Shown: positions 39,374 to 49,386, counted from the stretch's first letter. The stretch: 64,000 nucleotides of DNA from Gammaproteobacteria bacterium (GCA_965116495.1 OZ220696.1:1216001-1280000); one strand, 5' to 3'. Notes: a model not told the origin generated them from the sequence alone. Program-made: numbers and translations.

Positions 39374-39442
39374 CTGGATTAGACTTGTACTCCGTTATTT
39401 AAATAACAGTTTATTTGTTACTGACAGATCCTGACATCCCGC

Positions 39443-39471
39443 TTGACCGCGAGTATAGCATATGCTATATT
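39443..39471 (+). promoter_or_regulatory. sigma70 promoter with the regulon operator in its spacer
   Basis: TTGACC-N17-TATATT overlapping the perfect TATAGCATATGCTATA (39454-39469). Confidence 0.8.
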
Positions 39472-39543
39472 TAATAAACGGCGGGACCAATCAGCGCATC
39501 CTCCACCGGACTTTATTTTACATGGCTTTCCCGGAGACAACTG

Positions 39544-40317
39544 ATGAACCATATCGAGACCTACGCGAAATTTGGCATCCACGAAGGCTGCCTGACTGAG
39601 TTCCAGTCCCGTGTCAAAACCCTGGTTGATGTGGTGAAGGAGAAGGACCCCGGCACGCTGCGTTACGACTGGTTTATCAATAGCGATAAAATGGAGTGTG
39701 TGGCAATGGACGCCTACATCGATGAGGAATCCATGTACGCCCACCAGAGAAATGCCGCAAAGTATATGGGGGCGGTGCTGGAATGCTCGGATATATCTGT
39801 CGTATTCCTGGGCCTGCCTTCTGAACCCGCGCGTGAAAAAATCATGAAATTCAAGCCCCGTCTGTTTGATTTCCATAGCGGTCTGGGAAACGAGTCAGCC
39901 GCTTCAGGATTTTCACCCGTTGAGATACCCGGCGGCAGCAGTCACATCGAGGTATACGCCCAATTCACCGTTGAACCGGAGCATTATGATTTATTCAAAC
40001 AAACCGCTTCAGAACTCCTTGAAATTGTAAAACGGGATGATTTGGAGACGCTACGTTACGACTGGTTCTACGATGATGAAAACTGTCAGTGCACTACCAT
40101 GGATATCTATAAGGACGCGGAAGGCATGTTCTCCCATATGAAAAACGCCCATGAAAAGCACAGCGAACTCATGCGGTTCTCCACTCTCTATACTGAATTT
40201 CTGGGCGAACTGCCGGAGCAGGCCCGGTCAGCGGTCGCGAAGTATGACCCGAATATCCTGCCGTTTTTTAAAGGACTGAACTCCTGCTCCTCGGGAGGGC
40301 TAAACCGGGCAGGTTAA
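39544..40317 (+). CDS. tandem two-domain ABM-like (dimeric alpha-beta barrel) protein
   Basis: Internal repeat HIExYAxF...TLRYDWF...MDxY..H occurs twice. Confidence 0.72.
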   Translation: MNHIETYAKFGIHEGCLTEFQSRVKTLVDVVKEKDPGTLRYDWFINSDKMECVAMDAYIDEESMYAHQRNAAKYMGAVLECSDISVVFLGLPSEPAREKIMKFKPRLFDFHSGLGNESAASGFSPVEIPGGSSHIEVYAQFTVEPEHYDLFKQTASELLEIVKRDDLETLRYDWFYDDENCQCTTMDIYKDAEGMFSHMKNAHEKHSELMRFSTLYTEFLGELPEQARSAVAKYDPNILPFFKGLNSCSSGGLNRAG

Positions 40318-40379
40318 ATGGTCTGTTAAAATTACTGTCACTTTACAGCAACCTTGAGGTAAGCACAGGTAAAACGAAT

Positions 40380-41789
40380 ATGGAAAATTTTCAATTATTG
40401 ATTAATGGGAAACTCACTCCCGGCGCTTCCAGCATGGATGTTATCAATCCGGCAAACGGTCAGGTTATCGCCGAATGCCCCCGGGCGGATGAAAATCAGC
40501 TTAATGCAGCCGTGGCAGCGGCTAAAGCAGCTTTTCCCGCCTGGTCAATGCTGGATATCGGAGACAGGCGCCAAAAATTGATGGCCATCGCTGACGGTCT
40601 TGAGGCAAAGACCGGGCAGTTCGCGTCATTGCTGACAGCAGAGCAAGGCAAGCCGATTAAAGAGGCGACTGAAGAAATTATCGGGACGTCGATGATGATG
40701 CGGGCGCTTGCGAGCATGGAATTGCCGGAAAAAGTTGTGATGGACGATGAATCAGGAAAATTTATCGAGCATCGCTCACCACTAGGCGTAGTGGCCGCGA
40801 TTACGCCCTGGAATATGCCGGTAACCCTGCTGGCAATTAAAATGACGTCGGCCCTGCTCACCGGCAATACCGTGGTGGCAAAACCGGCTCCCACCACCCC
40901 GCTGACTTCATTGTTATTCGCAGAAATGGCGGACGCGCATCTGCCCCCGGGCGTGTTTAATATTATCACTGACCGGAACGACCTGGGTACGGCCCTCACA
41001 CGTCATCCGGACGTGGCAAAAATTTCCTTCACAGGTTCTTGCGCTACCGGAAAGAAGGTAATGGAAAGTGGTTCACAAAGCCTGAAGCGGGTTACTCTCG
41101 AACTTGGGGGAAACGATGCTGCGATCGTGCTTGACGACGTCGACCCCAGGGATGTTGCGGCGAAACTTTTCGCCGGCGCCATGTTCAACTGTGGCCAGAT
41201 TTGCCTCGCCACCAAGCGAGCCTATGTCCCTGCATCTATCTATGACGAGGTCTGCGATGAACTGGCTCGCATGGCCAATGAAACCAGGGTAGGAGACGGC
41301 AGCCAGCCTGATACCGAGATGGGTCCTGTCCAGAATAAGATGCAATTCGAAAAGGTGAAAGACTTAATCGAATCCGCGAAGGCGGAAGGGACAATCATCG
41401 CCGGTGGTGAAACCATGGATGGCCCCGGTTACTTCATTCGCCCCACGATAGTCCGTGATGTCGACGAGGATGCACGTATCGTTAAGGAGGAACAGTTTGG
41501 GCCGGTTCTGCCGGTTCTCCGCTACGATGATCTGGAAGACGCCATCGCCAGGGCAAATGACACGCACTACGGCCTGGGTGGTACGGTCTGGACCTCCGAT
41601 GCAACACGAGGCGCCGAGGTCGCCAGGCAAATCCACACCGGCATCTGCTGGGTGAATGCCCATCTGGCTGTCCATCCTGCTGTCTCGGTAGGCGGCGCCA
41701 AACAATCCGGCCACGGCACGGAACTGGGCGCTGAAGGCCTGGAAGAATTCACGCAACGCCACATTGTCTACGTCGCCAAGCAGGGCTAG
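40380..41789 (+). CDS. aldehyde dehydrogenase
   Basis: TPWN, FTGS, LELGG, GQIC, EEQFGP. Confidence 0.95.
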   Translation: MENFQLLINGKLTPGASSMDVINPANGQVIAECPRADENQLNAAVAAAKAAFPAWSMLDIGDRRQKLMAIADGLEAKTGQFASLLTAEQGKPIKEATEEIIGTSMMMRALASMELPEKVVMDDESGKFIEHRSPLGVVAAITPWNMPVTLLAIKMTSALLTGNTVVAKPAPTTPLTSLLFAEMADAHLPPGVFNIITDRNDLGTALTRHPDVAKISFTGSCATGKKVMESGSQSLKRVTLELGGNDAAIVLDDVDPRDVAAKLFAGAMFNCGQICLATKRAYVPASIYDEVCDELARMANETRVGDGSQPDTEMGPVQNKMQFEKVKDLIESAKAEGTIIAGGETMDGPGYFIRPTIVRDVDEDARIVKEEQFGPVLPVLRYDDLEDAIARANDTHYGLGGTVWTSDATRGAEVARQIHTGICWVNAHLAVHPAVSVGGAKQSGHGTELGAEGLEEFTQRHIVYVAKQG

Positions 41790-41833
41790 TCACTCAACTC
41801 CGGAGTTGCCCAACACGCAATGGGTGGACCAGG

Positions 41834-42838
41834 CTACTCCGGGGGAAAACTCAACATTTCGAATGGGGAGAATCCCTCCCCGGTATCGGCATTGAGCGCC
41901 AAGTGTACCGGCCCGGTGCCACTTCGAGCATTGGAGGAGATCTCGGCATCGCAGTATCCCTGCATGCCATGGCCTTCCACCTCACACATCATCTCCACCA
42001 TCACAACAGTACCGCGCTGGAACAGCACTCCGGCCATAGCAGTCAGTTCTAGGTAAATTTTCTCTCCACCTTCAAGGGTCAGGCGGATCTCACCCCCGCG
42101 GTGGGTCAACCCATCCGGTTCCATATAGGCAATCACGTCTATCCCGGTTGCTCTCGACAGCCGGTTATCACGCACAACATAACCTACACGAACCAGCTTG
42201 CCCGTGGGCGCCTGCGCAGTGATGGCCGCGAATGAGAAGGCTTCACCCATAGTGCCGGTGAACCAGCGATGGTTTAGCATGCCCCGTTCCCAGTCACGGG
42301 TTCCCCAGCTATGATCTCTGTAACCCAGACCTTTTATCGGGATTAATTGCCCCTGGTATCTGACCTCACCAGTGACCTGTCCTGCCACTTCAAAATGGTG
42401 GGGGAAGCGCCTGGCAGCCAATTCGTCGCCTGGCGGGAAAGGGTCCACGAGGTCAAAGAAATTACGGCATGACAGTCGGGCAATCAGGTCGCCATCGTTA
42501 ATCAACCAGATGGACGCATCATCCTCATACTGGCAGCGGAGTCGTTCGCCGGCGCCGAACCCGTTGGCAAATTCGTCTCCTGCGGCCAAGCGCATATCGG
42601 TGCAGCAACGATACTGCCAACCGGTTTTGCTGAACAGGTAACTCCATATGACCGCGCGACCGCCCTGGTTATTGGGTTCGTGGCCGACCCGGTGCCATCC
42701 GCCGATTCCGTGATCGCGGTCATACCAGTGCAACAAGGCACTTTCCTGCCATATGGACTCCTCTCCCGCCAGGTGGCGAAGTTCATCGCGCACAGTGAAT
42801 GGAGAGTGTGTGAGAGGGGCAGCATTGGTCATTGGCAT
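41834..42838 (-). CDS. hypothetical protein, AttH/tocopherol-cyclase-like (DUF7064/7065-like)
   Basis: WQES...WYD, HFEV, GLGYRDHSWGTRDW, GYCDAE. Confidence 0.62.
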   Translation of the reverse strand: MPMTNAAPLTHSPFTVRDELRHLAGEESIWQESALLHWYDRDHGIGGWHRVGHEPNNQGGRAVIWSYLFSKTGWQYRCCTDMRLAAGDEFANGFGAGERLRCQYEDDASIWLINDGDLIARLSCRNFFDLVDPFPPGDELAARRFPHHFEVAGQVTGEVRYQGQLIPIKGLGYRDHSWGTRDWERGMLNHRWFTGTMGEAFSFAAITAQAPTGKLVRVGYVVRDNRLSRATGIDVIAYMEPDGLTHRGGEIRLTLEGGEKIYLELTAMAGVLFQRGTVVMVEMMCEVEGHGMQGYCDAEISSNARSGTGPVHLALNADTGEGFSPFEMLSFPPE

Positions 42839-42878
42839 TCTCCCTGGGTTGTGGCAGCATAGCCACCAGGTTTAAATA

Positions 42879-42890
42879 TAACATATGCTA
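42879..42890. promoter_or_regulatory. Regulon operator
   Basis: TAACATATGCTA in the 70-bp divergent gap. Confidence 0.75.
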
Positions 42891-42908
42891 TAGAAAGGGG
42901 AATATATC

Positions 42909-44420
42909 ATGCGGGACGTTTCTGCATTATTGCTGCGTGCAATCAGCGATCAACTGAGGGACAGGATTATTCCGGACCTCACGGCTGCCGACGCCATAGA
43001 ACGAGCCACCCTTTCGACCCAGGTCCTTGAGTTACTGGCGTCTGATATCGATACACTGGCTGATGTAGCCGAGGTCCACACCCCTGAGTTTCGGAAAACG
43101 ATTAAAACGGTACTTGGAACCCTGCCACGGGAGGTGTTTACGGAACTTCTGGAGAACTGGCTCAGCCGTCTTGACGCAATTGCACCTGAGACAGGCCTTG
43201 CCTGCCAACGGGAAATTCGCACCTTGCGCGATCTTTCCGCACATCTTCTGCGAGCCTGCGCCGATCGATGCGATGAACTACCAGAGGGTGATACGCATAG
43301 CACGATATCAACCGTGGCGGCAACCCTGGGGGCGCAGGACCGGCGCTTGCTGGATGCTGTTGCCGCGGCCGGTTCCGTGCGGGAAGAAAAGCGGCAGGAC
43401 GTCAATGGCGGCCAGGACAAGGACTCTGCCGCACCGGCCGGTATCGAGTTAAGCCCCGAATCCGTTACGGGGTATCTCCGTCAACGTTACCCGGACTCTC
43501 CTGCCGTTAAGGCTACCGGTGTCGTAGCAATTCCCGGCGGCAGGTCGAAAAAAACCTGGATCATTTCCATTGAAAATACGGATGCCCTTCCGCGAGAAGT
43601 GGTCATGCGCCAGGATTATCAATTGCATTACGAGGGAACCAAGGTTCGGAATGAATATGAGCCGCTGGCGACATTCTCGGGACTTGGACTGCCAGTGCCG
43701 GCGCCACTGCTGTTGGAAACCGAAGAGACCAGCCTGGGACAGCCCTTTATGTTGATGGAAAAGCGCGCAGGCGTGCCGCCAGGCACCTATTTCGGCTTAC
43801 GCGATAAATGTCCCGGCGCATTCGCCGACCTCGCCAATACCCTGGCCTGTATTCATCAGGCTGATCCGGATGGATTGGGGTTTACTCCCGACGGGGACCC
43901 GGAACAAGGCCTCATGCGCCTCATCGGCAGCTACCAGGAAAAATGGCGAAAATATTCCAATAAACCGTCGCCGATCATCGACTTCGCCTGTTGCTGGGCA
44001 AAACAAGTGTGCCGCCAGGACCCGGGAACGGTTGCGGTTGTGCATGGTGATGTCGGGCCTCACAATATGCTGGTGGCAAATGACCGGCTCACTGCGCTGC
44101 TGGACTGGGAGTTCTCCCACCTGGGTGATCCCGCGGAAGACCTGGGGATAGCGAGGGTCTATGCCGAAGATGTTATGGCCTGGGAGGAATTCATCCACCT
44201 GTACAGGGAAGCCGGCGGCCCGCCTGTGCCGGCGCGGCGAATTGAACTGGCGATGGTTCTGCATTTTTTGAAAGGCGCCAGTCTTGTGGCCGTGTCGAGC
44301 CGTAATTTCGAGGAAGGCTGGACCAGTGAGTTCATTAAGGGAGCCACGTCATTTGCCGGTTTGAGACAGATTGAACTTGTAATCGGATCCTTACTGCACC
44401 GCTTTAATGCAATCCCATGA
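42909..44420 (+). CDS. APH/ACAD10-11-like phosphotransferase with N-terminal helical extension
   Basis: IPGGRSK, VHGDVGPHN, LLDWEF, GDPAEDL. Confidence 0.87.
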   Translation: MRDVSALLLRAISDQLRDRIIPDLTAADAIERATLSTQVLELLASDIDTLADVAEVHTPEFRKTIKTVLGTLPREVFTELLENWLSRLDAIAPETGLACQREIRTLRDLSAHLLRACADRCDELPEGDTHSTISTVAATLGAQDRRLLDAVAAAGSVREEKRQDVNGGQDKDSAAPAGIELSPESVTGYLRQRYPDSPAVKATGVVAIPGGRSKKTWIISIENTDALPREVVMRQDYQLHYEGTKVRNEYEPLATFSGLGLPVPAPLLLETEETSLGQPFMLMEKRAGVPPGTYFGLRDKCPGAFADLANTLACIHQADPDGLGFTPDGDPEQGLMRLIGSYQEKWRKYSNKPSPIIDFACCWAKQVCRQDPGTVAVVHGDVGPHNMLVANDRLTALLDWEFSHLGDPAEDLGIARVYAEDVMAWEEFIHLYREAGGPPVPARRIELAMVLHFLKGASLVAVSSRNFEEGWTSEFIKGATSFAGLRQIELVIGSLLHRFNAIP

Positions 44421-44463
44421 ACCAGGAGGCCGCTGCTGGGAAATACTTTGATTGATTCCGGTA

Positions 44464-45696
44464 TCAGGCGTTTACCAAAACTGCCTTCTTTATATTGGCC
44501 TTGCTGTCCGCCAGGATAGCGACGTCGACCTGTGAACCGGACTTGATCACATTCTGCGTCATGCGCATGAGTTTCGGCTGATTGACACCCAGCACCCCGA
44601 CTACAACACCTTTTCGCAGGTAAAATATCATAAAGTTACCGGAGTCCATATCTCCCCGTATGACTTCCTGTTCCCCGGAGATGACCCCCGCCAACTGTAG
44701 CTTGAAATTATACTGATCGGTCCACAGAGACTGTATGCCGGTATACGTTTTTTTTTCACCAATCATATTCAAGGCAGCGCATTCGGCCTGCTTCTGGGCA
44801 TGCATCCAGTTTTCACTACGCATGATCCTGCCCTCCCAGGCATCCGGGTAACAGGCGACATCGCCGATGGCGAATATATCTTCGGCGCTGGTCCGGCAAT
44901 ATTCATCCACGATCACACCGTTATCGCATTCAATGCCGCATTCCTGGGCCAGCCGGGTAGCCGGCGCAACCCCCACGCAAATCAGCATCAGGTCTGCAGG
45001 CAGGCTCACTCCACTGGACAGTTGAAGGCGGGGACCCGCATTCTGATCCTGAATCCCGGCAACCGAATCTTCCATGAAAAACTTCACGCCCCGGTTCTCA
45101 TGTTGTTCCTGCAACCATGCCGAGATATGTTCCGGCACCGACCGGGCCATGACGCGGTCTGCGACCTCGATGACGGAAACCTCACTGCCGCATTGTCGCG
45201 CGCTGGCTGCCACTTCAAGGCCAATGACCCCGGCGCCTATCAACACCAAACGCTTGCCGGAGCCGAGTCCGGCTTTCAATGCAAGGGCATCCTGGTAACT
45301 GCGCAGGTAATGGTAAGGTATCCTGTCCTGCTCCAGTTCGGGTATTCGGCGCACGTCCGCACCGGTCGCCAGCAGGAGCTTATCGTATGCGAGGGCAGAT
45401 CCATCTTCCAATACGAGTCGACGGGTACCTGGTTCAATACTCACAACCTGAGCGCCGGAAAGCAGCTCCAGGTTGTTTTCTTCATACCAGGTATCCGGCT
45501 TGAGATAGATGTCAGCCAAGGCATCGGCGCCCTGGAGAACGCTTTTAGAAAGTGGCGGGCGATCATAGGGTAATTCAGTCTCACCATTTATCAGAATTAT
45601 GCGTCCGCTGTATCCCGCCTGCCTGAGCGCCCCTGCCGCCGCGACTCCGCCAAGCCCCGCACCGATAATTATTATGGTTTCCGGCTGATCCACCAA
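44464..45696 (-). CDS. FAD-dependent ferredoxin reductase
   Basis: GAGLGG, PYDRPPLSK, GAGVIGLE, AIGD, WTDQY. Confidence 0.92.
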   Translation of the reverse strand: MVDQPETIIIIGAGLGGVAAAGALRQAGYSGRIILINGETELPYDRPPLSKSVLQGADALADIYLKPDTWYEENNLELLSGAQVVSIEPGTRRLVLEDGSALAYDKLLLATGADVRRIPELEQDRIPYHYLRSYQDALALKAGLGSGKRLVLIGAGVIGLEVAASARQCGSEVSVIEVADRVMARSVPEHISAWLQEQHENRGVKFFMEDSVAGIQDQNAGPRLQLSSGVSLPADLMLICVGVAPATRLAQECGIECDNGVIVDEYCRTSAEDIFAIGDVACYPDAWEGRIMRSENWMHAQKQAECAALNMIGEKKTYTGIQSLWTDQYNFKLQLAGVISGEQEVIRGDMDSGNFMIFYLRKGVVVGVLGVNQPKLMRMTQNVIKSGSQVDVAILADSKANIKKAVLVNA

Positions 45697-45710
45697 CGTA
45701 TTCCAGCTCC

Positions 45711-46733
45711 TTAGATTTCTTCTATGGCCTTGACAATGTCATACTGAATTTCATTATCAACCAGCTCAAGATTACATTGAATGGTGTCAATAAAATCACC
45801 AAAGCGTTGTTTGACTACCGGCGCAATGTCTTTTGGTTCACCCCTGACCGTGAAGGTATCCATCATTTCATCAGTAATGGGCTTCCACAAGTCGTCCCAT
45901 TTCCCTTCCTTGGTCATTTTCCTGCATTCCGGATGGATGTCGCTCCAGCCGTGCATATCGAGTACGACCTTGTAAGCCGGCGTAGAGGCATAAAAACCGA
46001 GGCGTTGGCGATGCCAGTCATCGTTAAACTTAAACTCATCCTCATTACTGCCGGTGACGATGTAAAGAGGCACCTGTATTTCAAATTCCGAGCGCGGTTT
46101 ATTGTTCTTTTTCAGTCTTTCCCGTATTGCCGCATAGTTGATTTCCCGCAGGGTTTTTTCAGACACAAAAGAATGGGTCATCAGGCCATCTGCTACATCC
46201 ACGGCAGCCCTGGTCATGCCCGGTCCCACGGCGCCAAGCATTACTTTGGGCCGCCCAAAACCACCAATCCACGGTTTAAATTCCGGGGTAATTAACGTGT
46301 GTCGATACGTCTCCCCGATAAAATTCAAGGGATCGTCACTCTCGAATGAGTCCCAGATAGCGTGTAAGGCATTTACATATTCCCGCATTTGACTCGCCGG
46401 TTTATCGCTCCATGGCATACCAAAGCGGCGGGAGATATGAGGTTTTATCTGGGAACCCAGACCTAAAGTAAAGCGCCCTTCGCAATACTGATTCAATGAA
46501 TACGACTCCATAGCCATTACCATCGGCGGTTTTGAAAAAGCCACGGCAATGGCAGTCGCAAATTCGGCCTCTTTATCATGGCTTGCGCACAGCAATGGAA
46601 GGAAAAACGGATTTGTTTTGTTTTCGAAACCGAAGAATGATTTATATCCCAGTTTTCTTTTGTGTAAAAAATCGGGCAACACATTGTTCAGATTGCCGGA
46701 GTGATTACTACGCAGCCTTTGTATCACTTTCAT
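45711..46733 (-). CDS. LLM-class oxidoreductase, probably F420-dependent
   Basis: TAIAVAF, GRFTLGLGSQIKPHI.RRFGMPWS, FYASTPAY; divergent N-terminus. Confidence 0.78.
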   Translation of the reverse strand: MKVIQRLRSNHSGNLNNVLPDFLHKRKLGYKSFFGFENKTNPFFLPLLCASHDKEAEFATAIAVAFSKPPMVMAMESYSLNQYCEGRFTLGLGSQIKPHISRRFGMPWSDKPASQMREYVNALHAIWDSFESDDPLNFIGETYRHTLITPEFKPWIGGFGRPKVMLGAVGPGMTRAAVDVADGLMTHSFVSEKTLREINYAAIRERLKKNNKPRSEFEIQVPLYIVTGSNEDEFKFNDDWHRQRLGFYASTPAYKVVLDMHGWSDIHPECRKMTKEGKWDDLWKPITDEMMDTFTVRGEPKDIAPVVKQRFGDFIDTIQCNLELVDNEIQYDIVKAIEEI

Positions 46734-46764
46734 ACTCTCTACCTCGCTGTATCTGTTGACTCAT

Positions 46765-47520
46765 TTATGCCGGCGAAGACGCCACAAGTATTCCGTTCAG
46801 CGCTCGTTTTAAATGTTGGAGGTCATCCGGCCCGGACAGGCGATGATCGCCGTTCTTAACCAGTTGCAAGACCACATCCCTACTTTCCAGTTTTTCCACC
46901 AGTTCCATGGAGCGCTGCCAGGGCACTTCCTGATCATCCAGCCCGTGCAATATTTGCACAGGAATATTGAGCGGAATAGCACGGTGTAATACATAGTGTC
47001 TTTTTGCTTCTTCAAAAAAGGATTTCCTCACCCGATAGGGTGCCCTGTCATCATAGTTATTGGGTATATCCAGCCACCCTTGCTCATCAAGCAATGCCTG
47101 TTGATGCCCGGGTAGGCGCCTTAACTGGAATCCCGTCATATCCGGGGCAGGCGCAATGCCCACTAATGCGGATATTTTCATCGGTCTGTTCTTCGCAGCC
47201 AGCAACATCAGCCAGCCACCCATGGAAGAGCCGACCAGGTGTTGCTCGCCTTCTGTAACCGCGTCGAGGATATCCAGCGTGTTTTGCAGCCAGAGTCCGA
47301 TCGTACCGTCCTCAACATTTCCGGATGATTGCCCGTGGCCATAGTAATCGAACCGGCAAAATTGGCGTCCCTGCTCCCGGCAATGTCGTTCGAGAAACAA
47401 GGCTTTATTACCCGACATCTCCGAATGAAAACCCGGGCAGAACACAACGCCGGGCGTTGTGCCTGGCGAGTGTTCATAAGCAAGGAAGTTATTATCCGGT
47501 TGATCCAGGAACAAGGGCAT
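46765..47520 (-). CDS. alpha/beta hydrolase (ABHD10-like)
   Basis: FDYYGHG, GSSMGG, GDHRLS. Confidence 0.9.
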   Translation of the reverse strand: MPLFLDQPDNNFLAYEHSPGTTPGVVFCPGFHSEMSGNKALFLERHCREQGRQFCRFDYYGHGQSSGNVEDGTIGLWLQNTLDILDAVTEGEQHLVGSSMGGWLMLLAAKNRPMKISALVGIAPAPDMTGFQLRRLPGHQQALLDEQGWLDIPNNYDDRAPYRVRKSFFEEAKRHYVLHRAIPLNIPVQILHGLDDQEVPWQRSMELVEKLESRDVVLQLVKNGDHRLSGPDDLQHLKRALNGILVASSPA

Positions 47521-47680
47521 GACAGGGTTTAACGCGCAGTGTCCCCGCCTGGTCAGGCGACGGTAACGCCTGGTTCCGTGCTTCGGGCATTTCCATATCG
47601 TAAGGGGGATTGACGAGATTGAAATTCGGGGTCATGGGTTTTGCTCCTCGATCACATGACCACGGGTTACGAGTACAGGT

Positions 47681-48493
47681 TCATACAGAATTGAAGTTCG
47701 CCTTCCGCTTTTCCAGGAATGCAGTTACACCCTCGACAAAGTCGGGATGTGCCGCGCAGTCACTGAATTTTTCGACTTCCAACTGCAGTTGCTCCGCCAG
47801 GACATTATGGAAAGACTGGCCAAACAGTGACTTGATGTTACGGACAGCCGATGCAGGCAGGGCAACAATACGGGCAACCAGCGACTCGACTTCGGCATCC
47901 AGTTGTTCCGGAGTAACCAGGGTATTGACGAGGCCCCACTCGTAGGCCTCCCGGGCCGATACCTTCCTGCCCAGCATCGCCATTTCCAGCGCCCTGGCCG
48001 GACCAATCCTGCGCGGCAGCGCATAGCTGGTCGCGCCATCGGGACTGGTTGCGATATTCACGTGAGCGACCAGGAACAGCGCAGTCTCATCGGCAATAAC
48101 AAAATCACTGCTCGCGGCGAATCCCACGGCAGCGCCGGCACAGGCGCCCCGTACCCGCGTAATGACCGGTTGCGGCATGGTCAGCAGGTTCCTGAAGATA
48201 GGTATCGAAGCGGCAACCTTCTGTTGAAATACTTCACGCCGCTCGTCCGGCGACATTTCGAGGACCTGTCCAAAACCGGCAACATCACCACCCGCCATGA
48301 AATGGTCACCCGCCCCGGTCAACACCACACAGCGTATGCTGCCATCGGCGGCCACCCTGTCGAGAAATACCGCCATGTCCAGCACCATCTGCGAGGTGAT
48401 GGCATTCCTTGCCCCCGGCCGATTAAAGGTGATGCGCGCGACCGGCCCGTCGACGACGGTCAACAAGTCTGCATTCGGTCCCGATTTATCCAT
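47681..48493 (-). CDS. crotonase-fold enoyl-CoA hydratase/isomerase (PaaG-like)
   Basis: FNRP..RNA, FMAGGD, SPDG, EGVTAFLEKR. Confidence 0.88.
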   Translation of the reverse strand: MDKSGPNADLLTVVDGPVARITFNRPGARNAITSQMVLDMAVFLDRVAADGSIRCVVLTGAGDHFMAGGDVAGFGQVLEMSPDERREVFQQKVAASIPIFRNLLTMPQPVITRVRGACAGAAVGFAASSDFVIADETALFLVAHVNIATSPDGATSYALPRRIGPARALEMAMLGRKVSAREAYEWGLVNTLVTPEQLDAEVESLVARIVALPASAVRNIKSLFGQSFHNVLAEQLQLEVEKFSDCAAHPDFVEGVTAFLEKRKANFNSV

Positions 48494-48522
48494 GAACTCT
48501 CCCCAATAATTGTGCTTTATGA

Positions 48523-49308
48523 TTAACGGCCGCTGAACCGGGGTCGGCGCCTTTCCTTGAAACCGGCCACCGCTTCCAGCACATCCTCCGAAGCCAGGGA
48601 TATCTGCTCATAAGCCATTCCGATGGCAAATACCTCGTTCGCCCGGGCTTTGCTCAACTGATTGAGCGCCTTTTTGGTACCCTTGACGGCAAGCGGCGCC
48701 AGGGCGGCAATTTCCTCAGCCAGGGCCTTTGCCGCAGGCAATGCCTCCTCCGGCGTATCCACCAAGTCGGTTATCAGCCCAAACTCACAGGCTTCTTCCG
48801 CCGACAGCATCTTCCCGGTGAGAAGGTAGCGCTTGGCGCGATTCAACCCCATGGCCATGGGCCAGGTCAGGCAGCCGCCATCACCGGCGACCAGCCCCAC
48901 TTTCACATGGGTATCCGCCAGGTGCGCGGTCCTGCTTGCCACAATAATATCTGCGCACAAGGCCACGGACGCCCCAAGGCCGATGGCATCCCCCTGCAAT
49001 GCTGCGACAACAGGTACGGGAGTGTCGAGCAATGCCTCGATTAACCGTATGCCGACATCACACGTCTGCTCCCGCAATTGCGCATCCTCCTGAAGACGCA
49101 CAATCTGGTTGAGGTCACCACCCGCTGAGAATGCCCTTCCCTCGGCGGCCAAGAGTATCACGCGGACATCCGGGGAGTTGCGTACCTCCAGCAACGAATC
49201 GACCAGGGCGATATGCGTCGCTTCATCGATGGCATTGAGTGTGTCAGGGCGATTCAGGGTGATGGTCGCCACATGGTCATCAACGGAATACAGCAGCGGT
49301 TCGTTCAT
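48523..49308 (-). CDS. crotonase-fold enoyl-CoA hydratase/isomerase
   Basis: LNRP..LNA, FSAGGD, DTHVKVGLVAGDGG. Confidence 0.88.
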   Translation of the reverse strand: MNEPLLYSVDDHVATITLNRPDTLNAIDEATHIALVDSLLEVRNSPDVRVILLAAEGRAFSAGGDLNQIVRLQEDAQLREQTCDVGIRLIEALLDTPVPVVAALQGDAIGLGASVALCADIIVASRTAHLADTHVKVGLVAGDGGCLTWPMAMGLNRAKRYLLTGKMLSAEEACEFGLITDLVDTPEEALPAAKALAEEIAALAPLAVKGTKKALNQLSKARANEVFAIGMAYEQISLASEDVLEAVAGFKERRRPRFSGR

Positions 49309-49386
49309 ATTAAACCTCGGAAACTATTAAACCAGGTACCATAAAAAATGCCCACGCAAGCACGGGCCGTCTTCGGTATGATTGTC

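Noticed and set aside
42909-44420. Aminoglycoside resistance kinase
   Set aside because: GGxS, HGD..N and LDWE..GDP motifs plus the catabolic context fit the LvaA/ACAD10-11 branch
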